Part shown: piece after piece, positions 36,526 to 49,329 of the stretch
Position numbering within the stretch: position 1 is the stretch's first letter
Layout: each line of letters starts with the position of its first letter
DNA from: Gracilinanus agilis
Taxonomy: Eukaryota
DNA: 64,000 bases
Assembly (NCBI RefSeq): GCF_016433145.1
Contig: NC_058130.1
Coordinates: 115,311,873 to 115,375,872, forward strand
Reading direction: 5' to 3'
The notes under the pieces: model-generated
What the model was told of the DNA's origin: nothing
The model's database searches: none
The model's input: only the letters and a program-made list of their open reading frames with translations
Position numbers and translations under genes: made by a program

Positions 36526-39500
36526 CATTTAAATAGACATGAAATAGACATATGTATATGCATGTATATGCCTATGTGTATATATATTGGTGTTTGTGTA
36601 TGTATGTGTAACTTGCTCAGGGTCACCCAGAGTCCATGTCAGAGGGTGGACTTGAATCTAGCTCTTTCTTATTCTAAAGCCCACTCTTTAGCGACTCTGG
36701 CAATCTCCAAAGGACATAAATTGCAGAACAAAAGATATGCCTTGGTGACAGGAATTTCCTTACCATAAATTCCTTCTACTGATGAAATCATAGGTCAACA
36801 CCAAAAAAATGTATATGTGTGTGTATGATATTTATTTTCTTTTATTTCCAAAGGCTTGCTAATAGTAAATGTATTATTATAGTCATCAAATTAAAACATT
36901 ATAATAACTATAAAATTCAAACTTCTTGAGGACAAGGGCAATCTTTGCCTTTCTTTGTATCTGGGATATAGTACCATGCTTGGCATATAACCTTTAATAA
37001 ATGCTTGATGACTTAAAAAAATAGCCCTTACTGAACATTTCTTAGGTAACCAGAGCTCTCCCACTCTTTAAGAAGATTCCACAATCTCTCCAATAATTGT
37101 TGCTCATCTTTAGAGACTTTGCAGGTCATCTAACTGTTCTCTTTCTCTCCTGCCCTCAGATAACTTTTGTCCTTTATGTTCAGTTTGTAAAGGAAAGCCT
37201 TTGGCATGTATTAAGTAAGATAGGCTTGGTTAGTAATATATCAGACAAACCACTACCACCTATCATTTGAGTAAGGTGCATTAATGCTTGCAAAACTCAA
37301 AAAACCTGGCAGCCACTAAATTTGTGCTTCAGCCAAATAGATCCTAAAAAGTAGTACAACTCGTATGCAAGGCCACCATGTAGCTAAGCCAAGAAATGAG
37401 GTGTTCCTGCTTCTAACATTTGAAGGGAAACACCAATGATTAGATAGGTGGCCTTAGATAACTACATAAACACAAAGTTAGACTAAACTGGGCTCCCCTC
37501 CAGCTCATTGGCCCAGGTCTGCTGATCCAGAACGGAATAGAGAGATCAGTTTTGCCACTGGAAAGTTTTGGGAAAGCAGTTTGAGCAGTGAATTAGCTAA
37601 TTCAAGAGCTGGCATCAGAACCCCTTTCCCTATTTGGCATGGGCTAGAAATAGCAATAATATAGGATCACAGAACTCAAAGCTGGAACAAAAAAGCCTTA
37701 GGAATCATCTAGTCTAATCTCTCATTTTTCAGATGAAGTAACTGAATCTTAGAGAAGAGAGGTAAATTGCCCAAGGACACATAATAACTCACAGAGAGGA
37801 GATTCAAACTCAGTTTCCCTGACTGCAAATCTAGGACACTGTGCATGATTCTGAAGGGATATCAGGTAGATATCTATATAACAGATGTGACAAGACAGCC
37901 AGGGACTCGAGTTTTCAGCTCTCTTGAAAAGCCTCTCTTCTCTGAAGTCAGCCATAGCCAACGTGAACTCTAGATGTTCTCCTGGCATCGTCAAGGGCTA
38001 AGAAGGTGGAATCTTCCTTTTAGATGGCTAATTACTCCACATTATCTTTAAGCCAGCTACAAACATTGGTGATGGCTTGTGCTTTGCTGTAATTAGCTGT
38101 GATGACTGGAAAGTCTTTCAGTGTACTGTAACTTTTCCCTCTGAGAATACAAAGCTTCTGGCTGACGTGCAGGGACCTGAGGAAGTTGAAGCGGAAGCTG
38201 GCCCTGTGAAAGAGAATCCTGCCCCACTCGGGAAGCTAAAGACTCTAGCCTGCCAGCAGTCACACCCACAGCTTCCCCAATGTGACTAGGAATGTCAAGT
38301 GGAAGGAGTGAACAACACGCCAAGGGCAGGCATGGACAATCTTGGAGAAAGAAGGTATCCTTTCTGACAAAGTGAAGTTCAGTGATTGGCGATGATAGAA
38401 TGAGGTCAAGTTGATGTATCAGAATGTAATTATCTGCCTAATTCAACTTCCTTGTTAGTAACTCATGATTCACACTCAGGGAGACAAGTGACAAAGACCA
38501 AGAAAAACTGAAAATAAGCATTTTAATTGAGGGCAAAGTTAGTCCAACGGGAGTTACCCTGGTAACTAGGCCTGTGGTGCAGTGTGACAGATTTTCTGTT
38601 TAGAAGATTGAGATGGTCATTATCAATTAGACCAAAGTAAAAACATTCACTTTGGTTCATCAGTGCTAATAGATTATCTGATATAAGAGTACCATTAACT
38701 CCACTGGAATTAGTAAAAGCAAAGAGGAAAAAAACCAGGCCATTTATAAATCTGGTATGGTTTTAGTTAGCTTTGAGCTCACCACATCTTAAAACATCCT
38801 TCCAATTTCTATGCTCTTCTTTTTAATTAAAAAGTTGAACTGTTGAACCCCTGCAAAATTGTTTATTGCTGTATTGGAGGGCCATGCCTCCTATTTCTAG
38901 TCTTTCCTGCCATATACACTGGCATCTCTAATAGACTAAAAACTTCCCGAGGACAGGGACCAGGTTCCATTAACAGTGACAGAATTTGAGAGTTGCAAAG
39001 CACCTCAGCAGCCATTTAGTCTAATTCATTCAATTATCCTTGCCTTTCCCCTAGCATCTAGCAAGGTGCATTACATAGAGTTGGCTCAAGGTAATTTTAT
39101 TGAAAGATTGAAGAGTCTTTGGCATTCCTTTGTTAGAAGAAAGCCTCTAAAACCCTCTCTGTCATGTGTAGGATGGTTCCTCCAGATTTAATGCCTGGGG
39201 TGAGAGAGGAAAGATCCTATTTCCCAGTAAGAACAAAATAAATAAGAGAGAGGCCATAGCTAGGGGTAGTTCTAGCAGGTGCATTGAATCACAGAGGAGA
39301 ATGTTTTTCTGATTTGTTACTAAGGCAGAATGCAGATGGGTTATCAGAAGGTATTCTTCTCGTGTAGAGTTAATAGGCCTTAAGTCACCCCAATTGGGAA
39401 ATCGAGTGACTGGGAAGAATCAACAAACTCAGCTAGTTATTTCATAAGATGTGTTCCAGTGTAGAAGTTGCTCACTTGTATGCATACAAAAATACATATA

Positions 39501-40053
39501 TTTTTTCCATTAATGTTGAGAGCTCCCACTGTGAAGCTTCATTAATTAACATTAATTCTTTCCATACTAGAACATGCTTTGTGAAATAGTTAGCTGAGCT
39601 AATTAACTTTTACCTAGTTACTCCATTTTCAAACTGGAGTGACTCAGGGCCAATTAATTCATTTGAGAGGTATATCTTCTGGAAGGGTATAATGTTCCTT
39701 CCAGATTATCCTACAACATTTTTCCCACCACAGAAATATTATATTAGAAGGTAAATCCCTTGAGGGCAGGTGCTGTTTTTGTCTTTCTTTGAATCTCTAG
39801 TCCTTCATACAGTGCCTGGCACATAGTAAATGCTTAATAAATTCTTCTTGATGATTGACAAATTGATCCAGGCCAAATAATCTCTCTGGGATGCAGTTTC
39901 TTCACATGAAAACTGAAGGGCTCAGACACGATGATCCTACGCATTCTTTTTGCTCTAAATCCTATAACACTATATTCATTCATGCAGCTGTGCTTGCATT
40001 CTTTCTCTTCTCACTTGAAATGCTCAATACCGTCATTAAATTTCCATCAGCTT

Positions 40054-40258
40054 GGTGCAGCTACGTGGCTCAGTGGATAGAGAGCCAGGTGTGGAGATGG
40101 GAGGTCCTATATTCAAATCCAAATTCAGACCCTTAATAACTGTGTGATCCTGGTCAAGTCACTTAACCCTTATTGTCTATCCCTTTTTGCTCTTCTGCAT
40201 GAGAACTCATACTTAATATTGATTCTAAGAAGGTAAGAAGAGTTCTCAAAAAAAAAAA
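40054..40258 (+). mobile_element. SINE1_Mdo-type SINE
   Basis: GCAGCTACGTGGCTCAGTGGATAGAGAGCCAGG...A-tail. TSD AAATTTCCATCAGCTT / AAAGTTCTATCAGCTT. Confidence 0.88.
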
Positions 40259-41879
40259 AAAGTTCTATCAGCTTACTTATATCTCATTCAGAAAGCTTTC
40301 TGGCTTATATCAGTCTATACTTTATTTAAACTCTCTGTCCTCTACAATTTAGCACTTGATCTCATGTTGTTTTATATTATTTGGTGATTGTAGATATATT
40401 TTATAAATCTACATATGTGTGTGTGTTTTTTTTTAAAGTGTTGCCTATATCAGTGAGAGCTTCAATTGTTTGTTCATGGTCTCACTGCCATTATGTGTCA
40501 GAAGTAGAACTTATTCCTGGATCTTCCTGAACTAGAAGTCTTCTCTCTATCTACTTTACCATTCTGGCCACCCTCTGAAGCTGTAAGTTGCAGAACAATT
40601 GTCCGCATGCATCTACGAAGGAACAATTGTGTAATTTGAACTCTAGTCCTCCAACTCTAATTCTAGTGCTCTTCCCACTGAGCCGGTATCTTCTTCCCTT
40701 TCATATGCAGGATAGTGAGGGTCTCCATTTAACCAAAGCAAAGTACCTGTATTCTGGTAGTGTTCTTTGAATCAACCAAATTGGCAAGGATCATGTAGAA
40801 TCTTATTTAAGGTCAGATGTGCAATGGAGATTGTAGGTAGAACTAGAACTAGAAAGAGGCAAAGTAACCTAGACACCTTTTTTTCAACAATACTTTCTTA
40901 TTAAAAAGTCACATTTGAAATGTCAAGAAATAACATTCTCCAGGGTACCGAAATTTCCTTTGGTAAATCAAGTTGTGGTGGGTCTTGGCAAAGCCTCCAT
41001 TGGATATCAATACATGGAACTACAGATTTCATAACTTCTTCAGATTCACGTTTGTTATGTCCAGTTCCTTCTAGGGTTAGAGCTCTTCTAGCCTCAGGAG
41101 CATTAGTAACTTAAGGTAAAGCTAAACCAAATCCATAAATAAATAAATAAACAGCTGAGAGTGAGCACAATTGGATCTGGGATTTATTAAAAGACTAGTA
41201 GAAGAGACACACACGTTTCTCAGGGTTCATTTATTTTTGCAATTTATGAAAATGCTCCCATTGCAGTAGCTTATGAGCACATGTACCAAAGAAAACCACA
41301 AAACTATAACAAGAAACCTGACTCACAGTCTGTGTCTGCCTAGCAGGACTCTCTTTCTACTAGTCATGTGCATAGGACAAACCAAAACCATGTGCTTTGT
41401 ATTGTGTCTTGAAATCTATGACCAACTTGTGAAGGCTCGGCATCTTTTAAAAAATGACAGTGGAGGGTCCCTCTCTCAAAATCATTCCAATTCTTACACC
41501 AGACCGAGATCTGGGGATCATTGCTTTCAACTATACATTAGTGAAGGAAGAGAAAATTAGATTGCAAAGTAAGCAGGTCCAAATCTTAAGAAGTGAATGG
41601 AATGCATATGGATATAAATTGGCAGCTAGAGTAGGCTGCAAAATTGCTCCTGGCCGATGCCATCAAGTCAGTGGGCAGCTATGATCTGATAGTTCAGACT
41701 TCTGGGTATGTTTTCAGTTTTTAAGCACAGTTTTATGTTTTTAAAAGCAACAAAGGTTAGGCAATAAGGGTTAAGTGTCTTGCCCAGACAAAGACATTAT
41801 ATTTTTCTGTGAGATTCAAAGTCGTGGCTAAACTTAATGGGCTCATGAAAAGGGATCCATTGTGTTATAGGATTTAGAA

Positions 41880-42070
41880 CAGTGATTCCCAAAGTGGGCA
41901 CTACCGCCCCCTGGTGGGTGCTGCAGTGACACAGGAAAGCAGTGATGGCCACAGGTGCATTTATCTTTCCTATTAATTGCTATTAAAATTTAAAAAATTA
42001 ATTTCCAGGGGGCTAAGTAATATTTTTTCTGGAAAGGGGGCGGTAGGCCAGAAAAGTTTGGGAACCATTG
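41880..42070 (+). mobile_element. hAT MITE, family B (OposCharlie-like; exact family uncertain)
   Basis: TIRs CAGTGATTCCCAAAGT / AGTTTGGGAACCATTG. TSD ATTTAGAA / ATTTAGAG. Confidence 0.9.
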
Positions 42071-42107
42071 ATTTAGAGCTAGGTGGAACCTTAGAGATAA
42101 TCTAGTC

Positions 42108-42316
42108 TAAGGGTTCTTGTATCATGGACCATTTGGGAAGTCTGGTGAAGAGTATGAATCCCTTCTTGGAGAAATGGTTGATTGCTTTAATTTAGAATTT
42201 AAACAAATACTACATTTCAGTTAGAGGTTAGTTGTCATTTTCCCTCCTCGTTTGAGTTCACAGACCCTCTAAAATCTATCTATTGGGTTTGTTTACTGCA
42301 GGCTAAAGAACCCCTG
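42108..42316 (+). mobile_element. Old Charlie4-like hAT MITE
   Basis: Termini (T)AAGGGTTCTT / AAGAACCCCTG. Perfect TSD ATCTAGTC (42100-42107, 42317-42324). Internal GTCTGGTGAAG and ATTTCAGTTAGAGGTTAGT as recalled for Charlie4a/z. Confidence 0.8.
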
Positions 42317-42627
42317 ATCTAGTCTAGCCCAGTCAGTTCTTTACATATGAAGAAAGCAAGGCATAAAGAAGTAAGTTCACTTGCTCAAGGTCACCTAGAT
42401 GATAAACAATAGAACCAGAATCTAAACTCAAATTTGTTAACATCATTATTAAGTGCTCTTTCCACACCACCCTCCGAGGTATTTTACGTGACTCTTTTTA
42501 TTCTTTTATTGATGTTGTTCTTTATAATTAAGAAGTCTAATATTGCAAATAACTTCTGTATGCCATGCCAAGTTCATATTTATATATGTATATGCACATA
42601 TCGCCAAATTCAGAGCACACACAAAAA

Positions 42628-42628
<1 letters not shown>

Positions 42629-42666
<38 letters not shown>
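42629..42666. repeat. (CA)19 microsatellite
   Basis: Read directly. Confidence 0.97.
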
Positions 42667-42667
<1 letters not shown>

Positions 42668-42719
42668 CCATAGTCATCAACACTCACTCCCCAAATGCTT
42701 TTCTCTCTGTAACCTGCCA

Positions 42720-43020
42720 TGGACCTGCAGCTGTTTGGGATGGTTCTGTGAGGTGCCAGCCACTCTAGAAGGAGCAGCTGTGGTTAGAGAAAGTCTGGTC
42801 TGGCTGTGCTGCCAAGAGTGTGTTCGAAGGGCCAGGGTGTACAGTCCTGGAGCTGGGCTATGGAATGTGGGTGGAGCCAGAGGGGTCCCAGAGTCCAGAT
42901 TACTCTGGGAACTAGGTGGATAGAGGGGGGCAGGGTGGGGAACTAGAGGCAGCTGTGCCCTGCTGATGAGCACAGGGTGAGGTGCGATTGCCATGACCAG
43001 AAGTGGCAGCTGGGGTGGTC
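42720..43020. promoter_or_regulatory. Candidate bHLH enhancer (four GCAGCTG sites)
   Basis: CAGCTG at 42728, 42775, 42950 and 43007, all preceded by G and three followed by T, in a GC-richer segment with no recognisable repeat. Motif-only evidence. Confidence 0.3.
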
Positions 43021-43714
43021 TGGAGAAAATAGTGGGGTCATCTCAGGAACACGCCTTGGGCATTGCTTGAATTCTGGGCTTAATTTTATTTGAGGCTTGA
43101 CTGTCTAGTTTCCAGGCATAGGGATTTCTATCAAAATGCCTTAGCTCACTTTAAATTCATAGAGTTGCTGAGCTAAACAGAACATCAGTGGGAAAGAACA
43201 GTGACCTTGGAGTCAGAAAATTTGGGATCAAATCCTGGTTTTGCCACTTATTAGCTCTGAACTTAGGTAAGTCATTGCTTCTCTCTTGGCCTCAATTTCC
43301 TCATCTATAAAATCAAGGAGAGGTAAAGCAGATGACCCTTAAGGTCTCTTCCAAGGTGTAAATCTATGATCCTGTGTGATCTATAATCCACTGTGATCCT
43401 TTCAAAAACATCCTTCCCCATAGCATTCTGGGGAGGTCAAATGAGATAATAAGTTTGCGTGGCTACTCTATGTAAATTTGAGACAAATATGAGAGGTACA
43501 TTACACCCAGGAAAAACTAGGTTCAAGTCTTGCCTCTGAAAGATACAAACTATATGGTTTCTTAATTTTTCAGTGACCCAGGCAACTACCTATAAGTAAT
43601 AGACACATTGAAGATCTGCATTGGTGAAAGGTTTCCACAGCTGATATTCTCTTTACTGAAGAAATCACAAGTGTAGACCAAAAATCATAAGTAGGTAGCT
43701 ACAAAAATTATAAG

Positions 43715-43985
43715 TAGGTAGCTAGTTTGTACAGGGTTTGAAGTCTGGAAGACCTGAGATTAAGTGTGGCATGGAGATCCTAGCTGTGTGATCCTAAGCG
43801 AGTCACTTAGACCTCTGTTAACTTCAGTTTCCTCATATGTAAAATAGGAATGATAATTAAAGCACCTGCTTTCTATGGTTGTTGTGAGGATCATGGAATC
43901 ATAATTATAAAGCACTTAGCATAGATCCTGACCCAAAGTAGGCACTATGTAAATATTAGTTATTATTATGATTATCATTAAGTAT
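43715..43985 (+). mobile_element. MIR relic, near full length
   Basis: GAAGTCTGGAAGACCTGAG...CTAGCTGTGTGATCCTAAGCGAGTCACTT...CAGTTTCCTCATATGTAAAATAGG...GTTGTGAGGATC...AGCACTTAGCATAG. Confidence 0.8.
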
Positions 43986-44649
43986 AAGCAATTGGAATCA
44001 TAAGCTATTGAGCTGGAGGGAAACTTAGAGGTCATATCATCTCTAGAGGTTCCAGAGATATGAACCCAGATCTTTTTACTTCAAGTCCTATATTCTTTAA
44101 TCATGCCATAGCAGTCTCTTGCCCCCAACTCCTGAATTTCTTCTTGTCTTCACCCCAGATTCAATGGTCACTATTTTTTTTAACCTTCCCCTGGGCATTG
44201 GGCTGTGTTTCTGGGGAGGATCTGGACAATCTAAATTCTATTTGGGTAATGTTCCATCTCCACAAAGTATTGCTTCTTCTGCATGATTGTCTGCTTGAGA
44301 AGCTATCTTTCTGCTCCTGGTTTTTCTAAAAAGTCACTGGGATTGCTTGTTGACAGCTGCCATTTAATGCCTCATGGTTCTTGCTGTGAAAGTCATCTAT
44401 TCATTGAGAATAAAAATAATAAGATTGAGAATAAAATGTTATATTTTTTTCTAAGGAAGGACAATGTGACAATGGACTGATTGTTGTGATGTGCAAGATA
44501 TTCTTTTCCCTATTTATTACGTTCCCCACTGTTTTTTTAAAAAAAAGTTAAATATGATTAGCCCAGTAACTAATGGGAATGTTGCACTCCATTCGTAACA
44601 TTCCAAACGGTTTATAAAATGAGGACCCTTGAGCTTGGCATTTCCTGGC

Positions 44650-45140
44650 CATTCTTGACCAGCTGGCTCAACTCAGCCCTCAACTTCCTTAGGCTGATCA
44701 GCATCACGTGTGAAATGCCCTTCCTCGTCAGGTCACCAATGTTGATCAAATCTGCCTTTCCCTCCATATGATTTCCTTGATCCAAGAATGACTTGAATGA
44801 ATGAACACCATAACAGAATATCAAAGAATTTGTGAGAAAAAGATTCTAAAAGGTGAAACCAGAATCGACAGCTTGCATATGGCCAGTGTAGACTACAGAA
44901 GCTAGGAATGTGCAGCTGGAAAAATGTATCGGTCTCCAAGCTACAAATACATCATTTGTGAATTTGTGAGGCTTCATAAAGCTGTGTGATGGCTGTTACT
45001 TACTGGCAGCTGATATCATCTGCCGGTTTAGCATATATTTCTCTCCATTTCTAAGGCAAACCACAGATGTTCTATCCCCTGTGAATCACACCTGCAAACT
45101 TAAAACTAATTTTTTAAAAAATCAAGAAAGGCAGATGTGT
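44650..45140. promoter_or_regulatory. Candidate E-box-dense enhancer
   Basis: 11 CANNTG sites in 478 bp of repeat-poor sequence (positions listed in findings). Motif-only evidence. Confidence 0.3.
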
Positions 45141-45899
45141 TCAAACTGTAACAGCCCTGAAATTGGGCAGGAAAACTATTCCTTTATTTGCTTAAATGCT
45201 AGAAAGTGACTCTTTGCATGGAGATACCAAGAAAGAAATATACAAAAGACTAACAACATGATTCCCCCTTATTTTAAAGAGAGCTTTGTGATTCTTTTTT
45301 CAAACAATCATTATTGCTATTTCAGCTTTACCATTTTATTCACTTTAATAAATCCTCAGATGGTATCCCTGACCCTGTTGAATTAAAAAAAAAAGAACCC
45401 TTTTAAGTCATATTAGAGGGCACTACATTTGCTGATGCAAAAATTTGTTACTCTGATTTGTTACGTTAATTAAGCAATAAGACATGACATGGCATGAATT
45501 ATTGTATAATAACTCATGCCTTCAGTGTAGCTAGGCACAAAACTGAAGGCCAAGTGCCACTGTAGCATCTGGGCATGAATTATACCACAATAATTTAAGT
45601 CTAGGAGTCTTCCAATGGATTAAGAAAAAAAAATTAGAAAGGAATATACCCAAATAAAAAGGATGGATGTTGAAATGAAAAGAGTATGGTTTTGGAGTCA
45701 GAGGACTTGATTTTGAATCATGACTCTCAGCCTTCCTTCCTGTGTGACCTCGGGCAACTCATTTATATTAACATCAGTTTCCTGAGTAGAAGAGAGGGCA
45801 AGGATATATTTGGAAATGTATGTATAAAAAAAGCAAGGTTGAACTAGATATCTAAAGTCTCTTCTAGTTCTAAATATTAATTTTTCAATTAAAAAGCCC

Positions 45900-46360
45900 T
45901 ATTCCTTATCAACTACTTTGAATCTCAAACAACTTGCTCTATTTACCGTCACCTGTACCTAGCTTTACATTTTCCATCCCCACAACCTTTGCATGGACTG
46001 TTTCCCCTATGATTGGAATGTACTCCCTCTTCAGAATCCTTAGCTTCCTCAAAGGTTCAACTCATGTACCTTTGCTACCTCCTAACCTAGGCCTATCTGA
46101 CCTTCCGAGTTACTAATGTTTATAATCTGCTGAAATTATTTTGTGTGAAAAAATTCAATTAAAAAAAGTGAAATCCTTTATATATATATATACACATATA
46201 TATATATATTATATTTACTCATCTGTGTAAATATAAATGCCCAAGAGAACATGAGTTCCTGGAGAGCAGGTTGTTTTTTTTAAATTTTTGTTTTGTCTCC
46301 ACATCTCAGGCACAGTGCTTGGCACAAAGCAGGAACTTATTAAATGATTGTTGAGTGACA
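45900..46360 (+). mobile_element. L2 3' region relic
   Basis: ACCTTTGCATGGACTGTTTCCCCTATGATTGGAATG...CCTTAGCTTCCTCAAAGGTTCAACTC...GAGTTCCTGGAGAGCAGG...CACAGTGCTTGGCACAAAG. Confidence 0.7.
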
Positions 46361-46639
46361 GAATGGAGTAGCAAACAATTCATAGCTAGGATCTGTAACC
46401 CTGGGCATTTTAAAGTTATTTTCTGTTCTTTCTCCCAAATTGTTTATCAGAATAATTTAGTAGTAGTAGTAGTGATTATACTAATAATGCCTTTTAAAAT
46501 AATTTTCATCATTTGAAATACATCCCTGAAAAGTAGTTCAGTAAAGCAAACATACTGTGTATGATGGTATAGCAATATTCTAGTACCTCTGTAAAGAAGA
46601 AAAGGAGGTGTATTTTTTCTGGGACTAAACCCATTCATT

Positions 46640-47420
46640 ATAATTACATAGCATTCAATTTTATTATTATATTATTTCCATTAATTCTTGTTTTAGTCAT
46701 TGTGTGTATTGTTTTCCTAATTCTGCTTGCTTTATTCTTTGTTACTTCATATAAATCTTCCTATGCTTCACTTTATTGTTTTTTAATATAACAGTAGCAT
46801 TCCATTACATTTATATATGATAATTTATTTAATCTTGTCCCAATTGATGGACATTTACTTTGTTTCTGCATTTTTGCTCCCATAAAAATGTTTCTATAAT
46901 TGTTTTGGTATATATAAGACCTTTCTCTCTTTGACTTCTTTGGAATATACCATTAACAATAATATCTCTGAGTCAAAAGCTATAAATATTTTACCATCTT
47001 TTTTATTCCAATCAACTTTCCAGAATAGTTGGACTGAATCACAACTCTGCCAACAGTATATTCGTATATCTACCTTTTCACAGTTCCTCCAACATGGACT
47101 ATTGTCATATTTTATTACTCTTGCCAATAAACTGGGCATATGAGTAACTTTGATTTATTTTTCTCTTCTTATTAGTGGTTTGGTGAATTATTTTCCTATG
47201 CTAGTTAATAGTTTGCAATATTTTTGAAACCGGCTCCTCATATCTCTTTAACTACTTATCCATTAAGCTCTTGATTTTATATATTCATGTTAGTATGCTA
47301 CAGCTTACATATCAGAATCTTATCTGAAATACTTGGTATAATACATTCTTCCCTCCTCCCCAGTTGATAGCTTCTTTTCTTATTCTTATAGTATTGTTTT
47401 TATTTTTCTAGTTTATTTTC
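46640..47420 (-). mobile_element. Old marsupial L1 3' ORF2/UTR relic
   Basis: TCCCAATTGATGGACATTTAC...GAGTCAAAAGCTATAAAT...CAACTCTGCCAACAGT...CCTCCAACAT is the rc of the L1 ORF2 C-terminal region. Confidence 0.75.
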
Positions 47421-47567
47421 AGTGTTTTTTGAATAGAACTTTGATCATAGGCTTACAGAAAATACTAGACCCATTAACTGCACATAAGTTTAGGGCTTGA
47501 TACAAAGAAAATTTATCTGGTGAGCTTCTGGGTCCAGGCATCTGCTGTACATGTGTTGAATTACAAT

Positions 47568-47638
<71 letters not shown>

Positions 47639-47735
47639 TTGCTGCTGCTGTTGCTGCTCCTGCTATTACTACTACTATTGCTGCTATTACTTCTACTATT
47701 GCTACTATTACTACAACTACTACTGCTACTACTAA
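47568..47735. repeat. Compound trinucleotide repeat: (TAC)22 then TGC/TAT/TAC mosaic
   Basis: 66 bp of pure TAC (47568-47633) followed by degenerate in-phase triplets. Confidence 0.97.
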
Positions 47736-48649
47736 TATGACCAGACCACCATTAAAAGGGGAAAGGGATTCCTTTGTTTATAATTTTGGAAAACTGATAT
47801 TCTACCCTTTGCCTCTGGGCCAAGCACTTCCAAGAACAAGGAACCCTAGTGTTAAGCTCAAAAGACAGAATACCTGTTATTGGAAGCACTGCCACACTAT
47901 AGAGTCCCATTGGGTTTCCTTAGTGTTCAGCTTGTTCAGTAGGGTTGAAGTTGACCTAAACCAGCTTTGAAACCACTATTTCTGAATGACTATAAATGAT
48001 ATGAGCATTAGAGGTATAATAAAACTGGAATGGAATCATATGAAATTAGGATTTACGTTGAGCTATTTCTCTCTACTGTTTCATAAGCATATTGATTTAA
48101 TGAATTATGATGTACCCAATGAGTTCCTGTTAGTAGGTATAGTGATATTAATCTCATGGCTGGACAGCCTGACAGCCAATCAGCTTAGTCTTTGTTCTAG
48201 TAAGTTTCAGATTTTTTTTTTTTTTTAGGGAACTGACTTCTCTCCCCTTTAATATTTGTCAGATAAGACTGATTGAGATTGACAAGAAACTGTCTTGTCT
48301 GGTCTCACTCAACACTAAACCTCCACAGAACAGATTTAATTCTTTTTTTTCTTGGTTCTCATCATAAGCTTATGAGATTTATGGGTGCAAGGGAGCCTTA
48401 AGATTGGCTAATCAACCACTCCCCTTTCTTTACATATGAAAAAACAGTCCTTGAGAACAAAAGCAACTTGGACAAGGTCATACAGGTATTAAATGGAAAT
48501 TTCTCTGATCTTTGGATCCACCGTCCACTCTATTACATATTTTTTTAACCTTCACCTCACAGTCTGTACTAGGATGAGCAGTTCAGCAAATCTGCAACAT
48601 CAGATCTGCAAGTTTGCTGGTAGGATTCCAAAATTCATAGTCAAACCAT

Positions 48650-48789
48650 NNNNNNNNNNNNNNNNNNNNNNNNNNNNNNNNNNNNNNNNNNNNNNNNNNN
48701 NNNNNNNNNNNNNNNNNNNNNNNNNNNNNNNNNNNNNNNNNNNNNNNNNNNNNNNNNNNNNNNNNNNNNNNNNNNNNNNNNNNNNNNNN
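48650..48789. other. Assembly gap (140 N)
   Basis: N run. Confidence 1.
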
Positions 48790-49329
48790 GTCCTGTTTGA
48801 AATGCTGGTTTTAATATTTATTTCTTCTCCAAAGAGAATTCATTGCAGATTTATTACTCTGTTGCTAGGTTGCCAATTCTATCTCCCCATTATAGAGATC
48901 ACATATTTTGGTATTCATTATAATATACATACATACACATATACAATATACATAGTGATACTTCAGTTAATGGGTCCTTTGGGAACAAAGCTGCTTTTAA
49001 TAGACTTTAGTGGCAGCAATGGCTAAGGAAGAGGGAGGGGGAATAGTGATGCTACTTCATATACAGGTCTTTCAAAAGAAGGCTAGGGATGTGCTACCTT
49101 CCTGGGACTTAGATGGTCTATTTATCTGGAAGTTTGGGGATTGCCACCTGGGCCTCCAATCTATGTCCTTTCTTTATTATTGAATTAAAGGTGGAGGATA
49201 AAGGTGAATCATAAAGTAATGCTGCTTCAGAGAGCTATGGATTTTATGGAGAGCAAAGGAGGTAATGTTTCACTGAGACATTTGTAGGAGGGAAGCCCGA
49301 AAAGGATGGTCATGATGCTTAATTTTCAT

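Larger units (their letters stand above)
41853..42435 (-). mobile_element. MIR3-type host SINE split by two hAT insertions
   Basis: Removing both MITEs reconstitutes ATAGGATTTAGAGCTAGGTGGAACCTTAGAGATAATCTAGTCTAGCCC...TTTACATATGAAGAAA...CTTGCTCAAGGTCAC. Confidence 0.75.

Noticed and set aside
38077-38323. Overlapping ORFs in a GC-richer patch
   Set aside because: Exon defined by the best local splice sites has stops in all frames; no recognisable protein.
42434-42994. ORFs with HTHTHT runs
   Set aside because: Produced by the (CA)19 repeat and adjacent GC-richer DNA; no recognisable protein.
47520-47735. 71-aa poly-Tyr/Cys ORF
   Set aside because: Translation of the (TAC)n compound microsatellite; no splice or codon evidence.
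48493-49026. 177-aa ORF (and 61628-61915)
   Set aside because: Open only because they run through N gaps.
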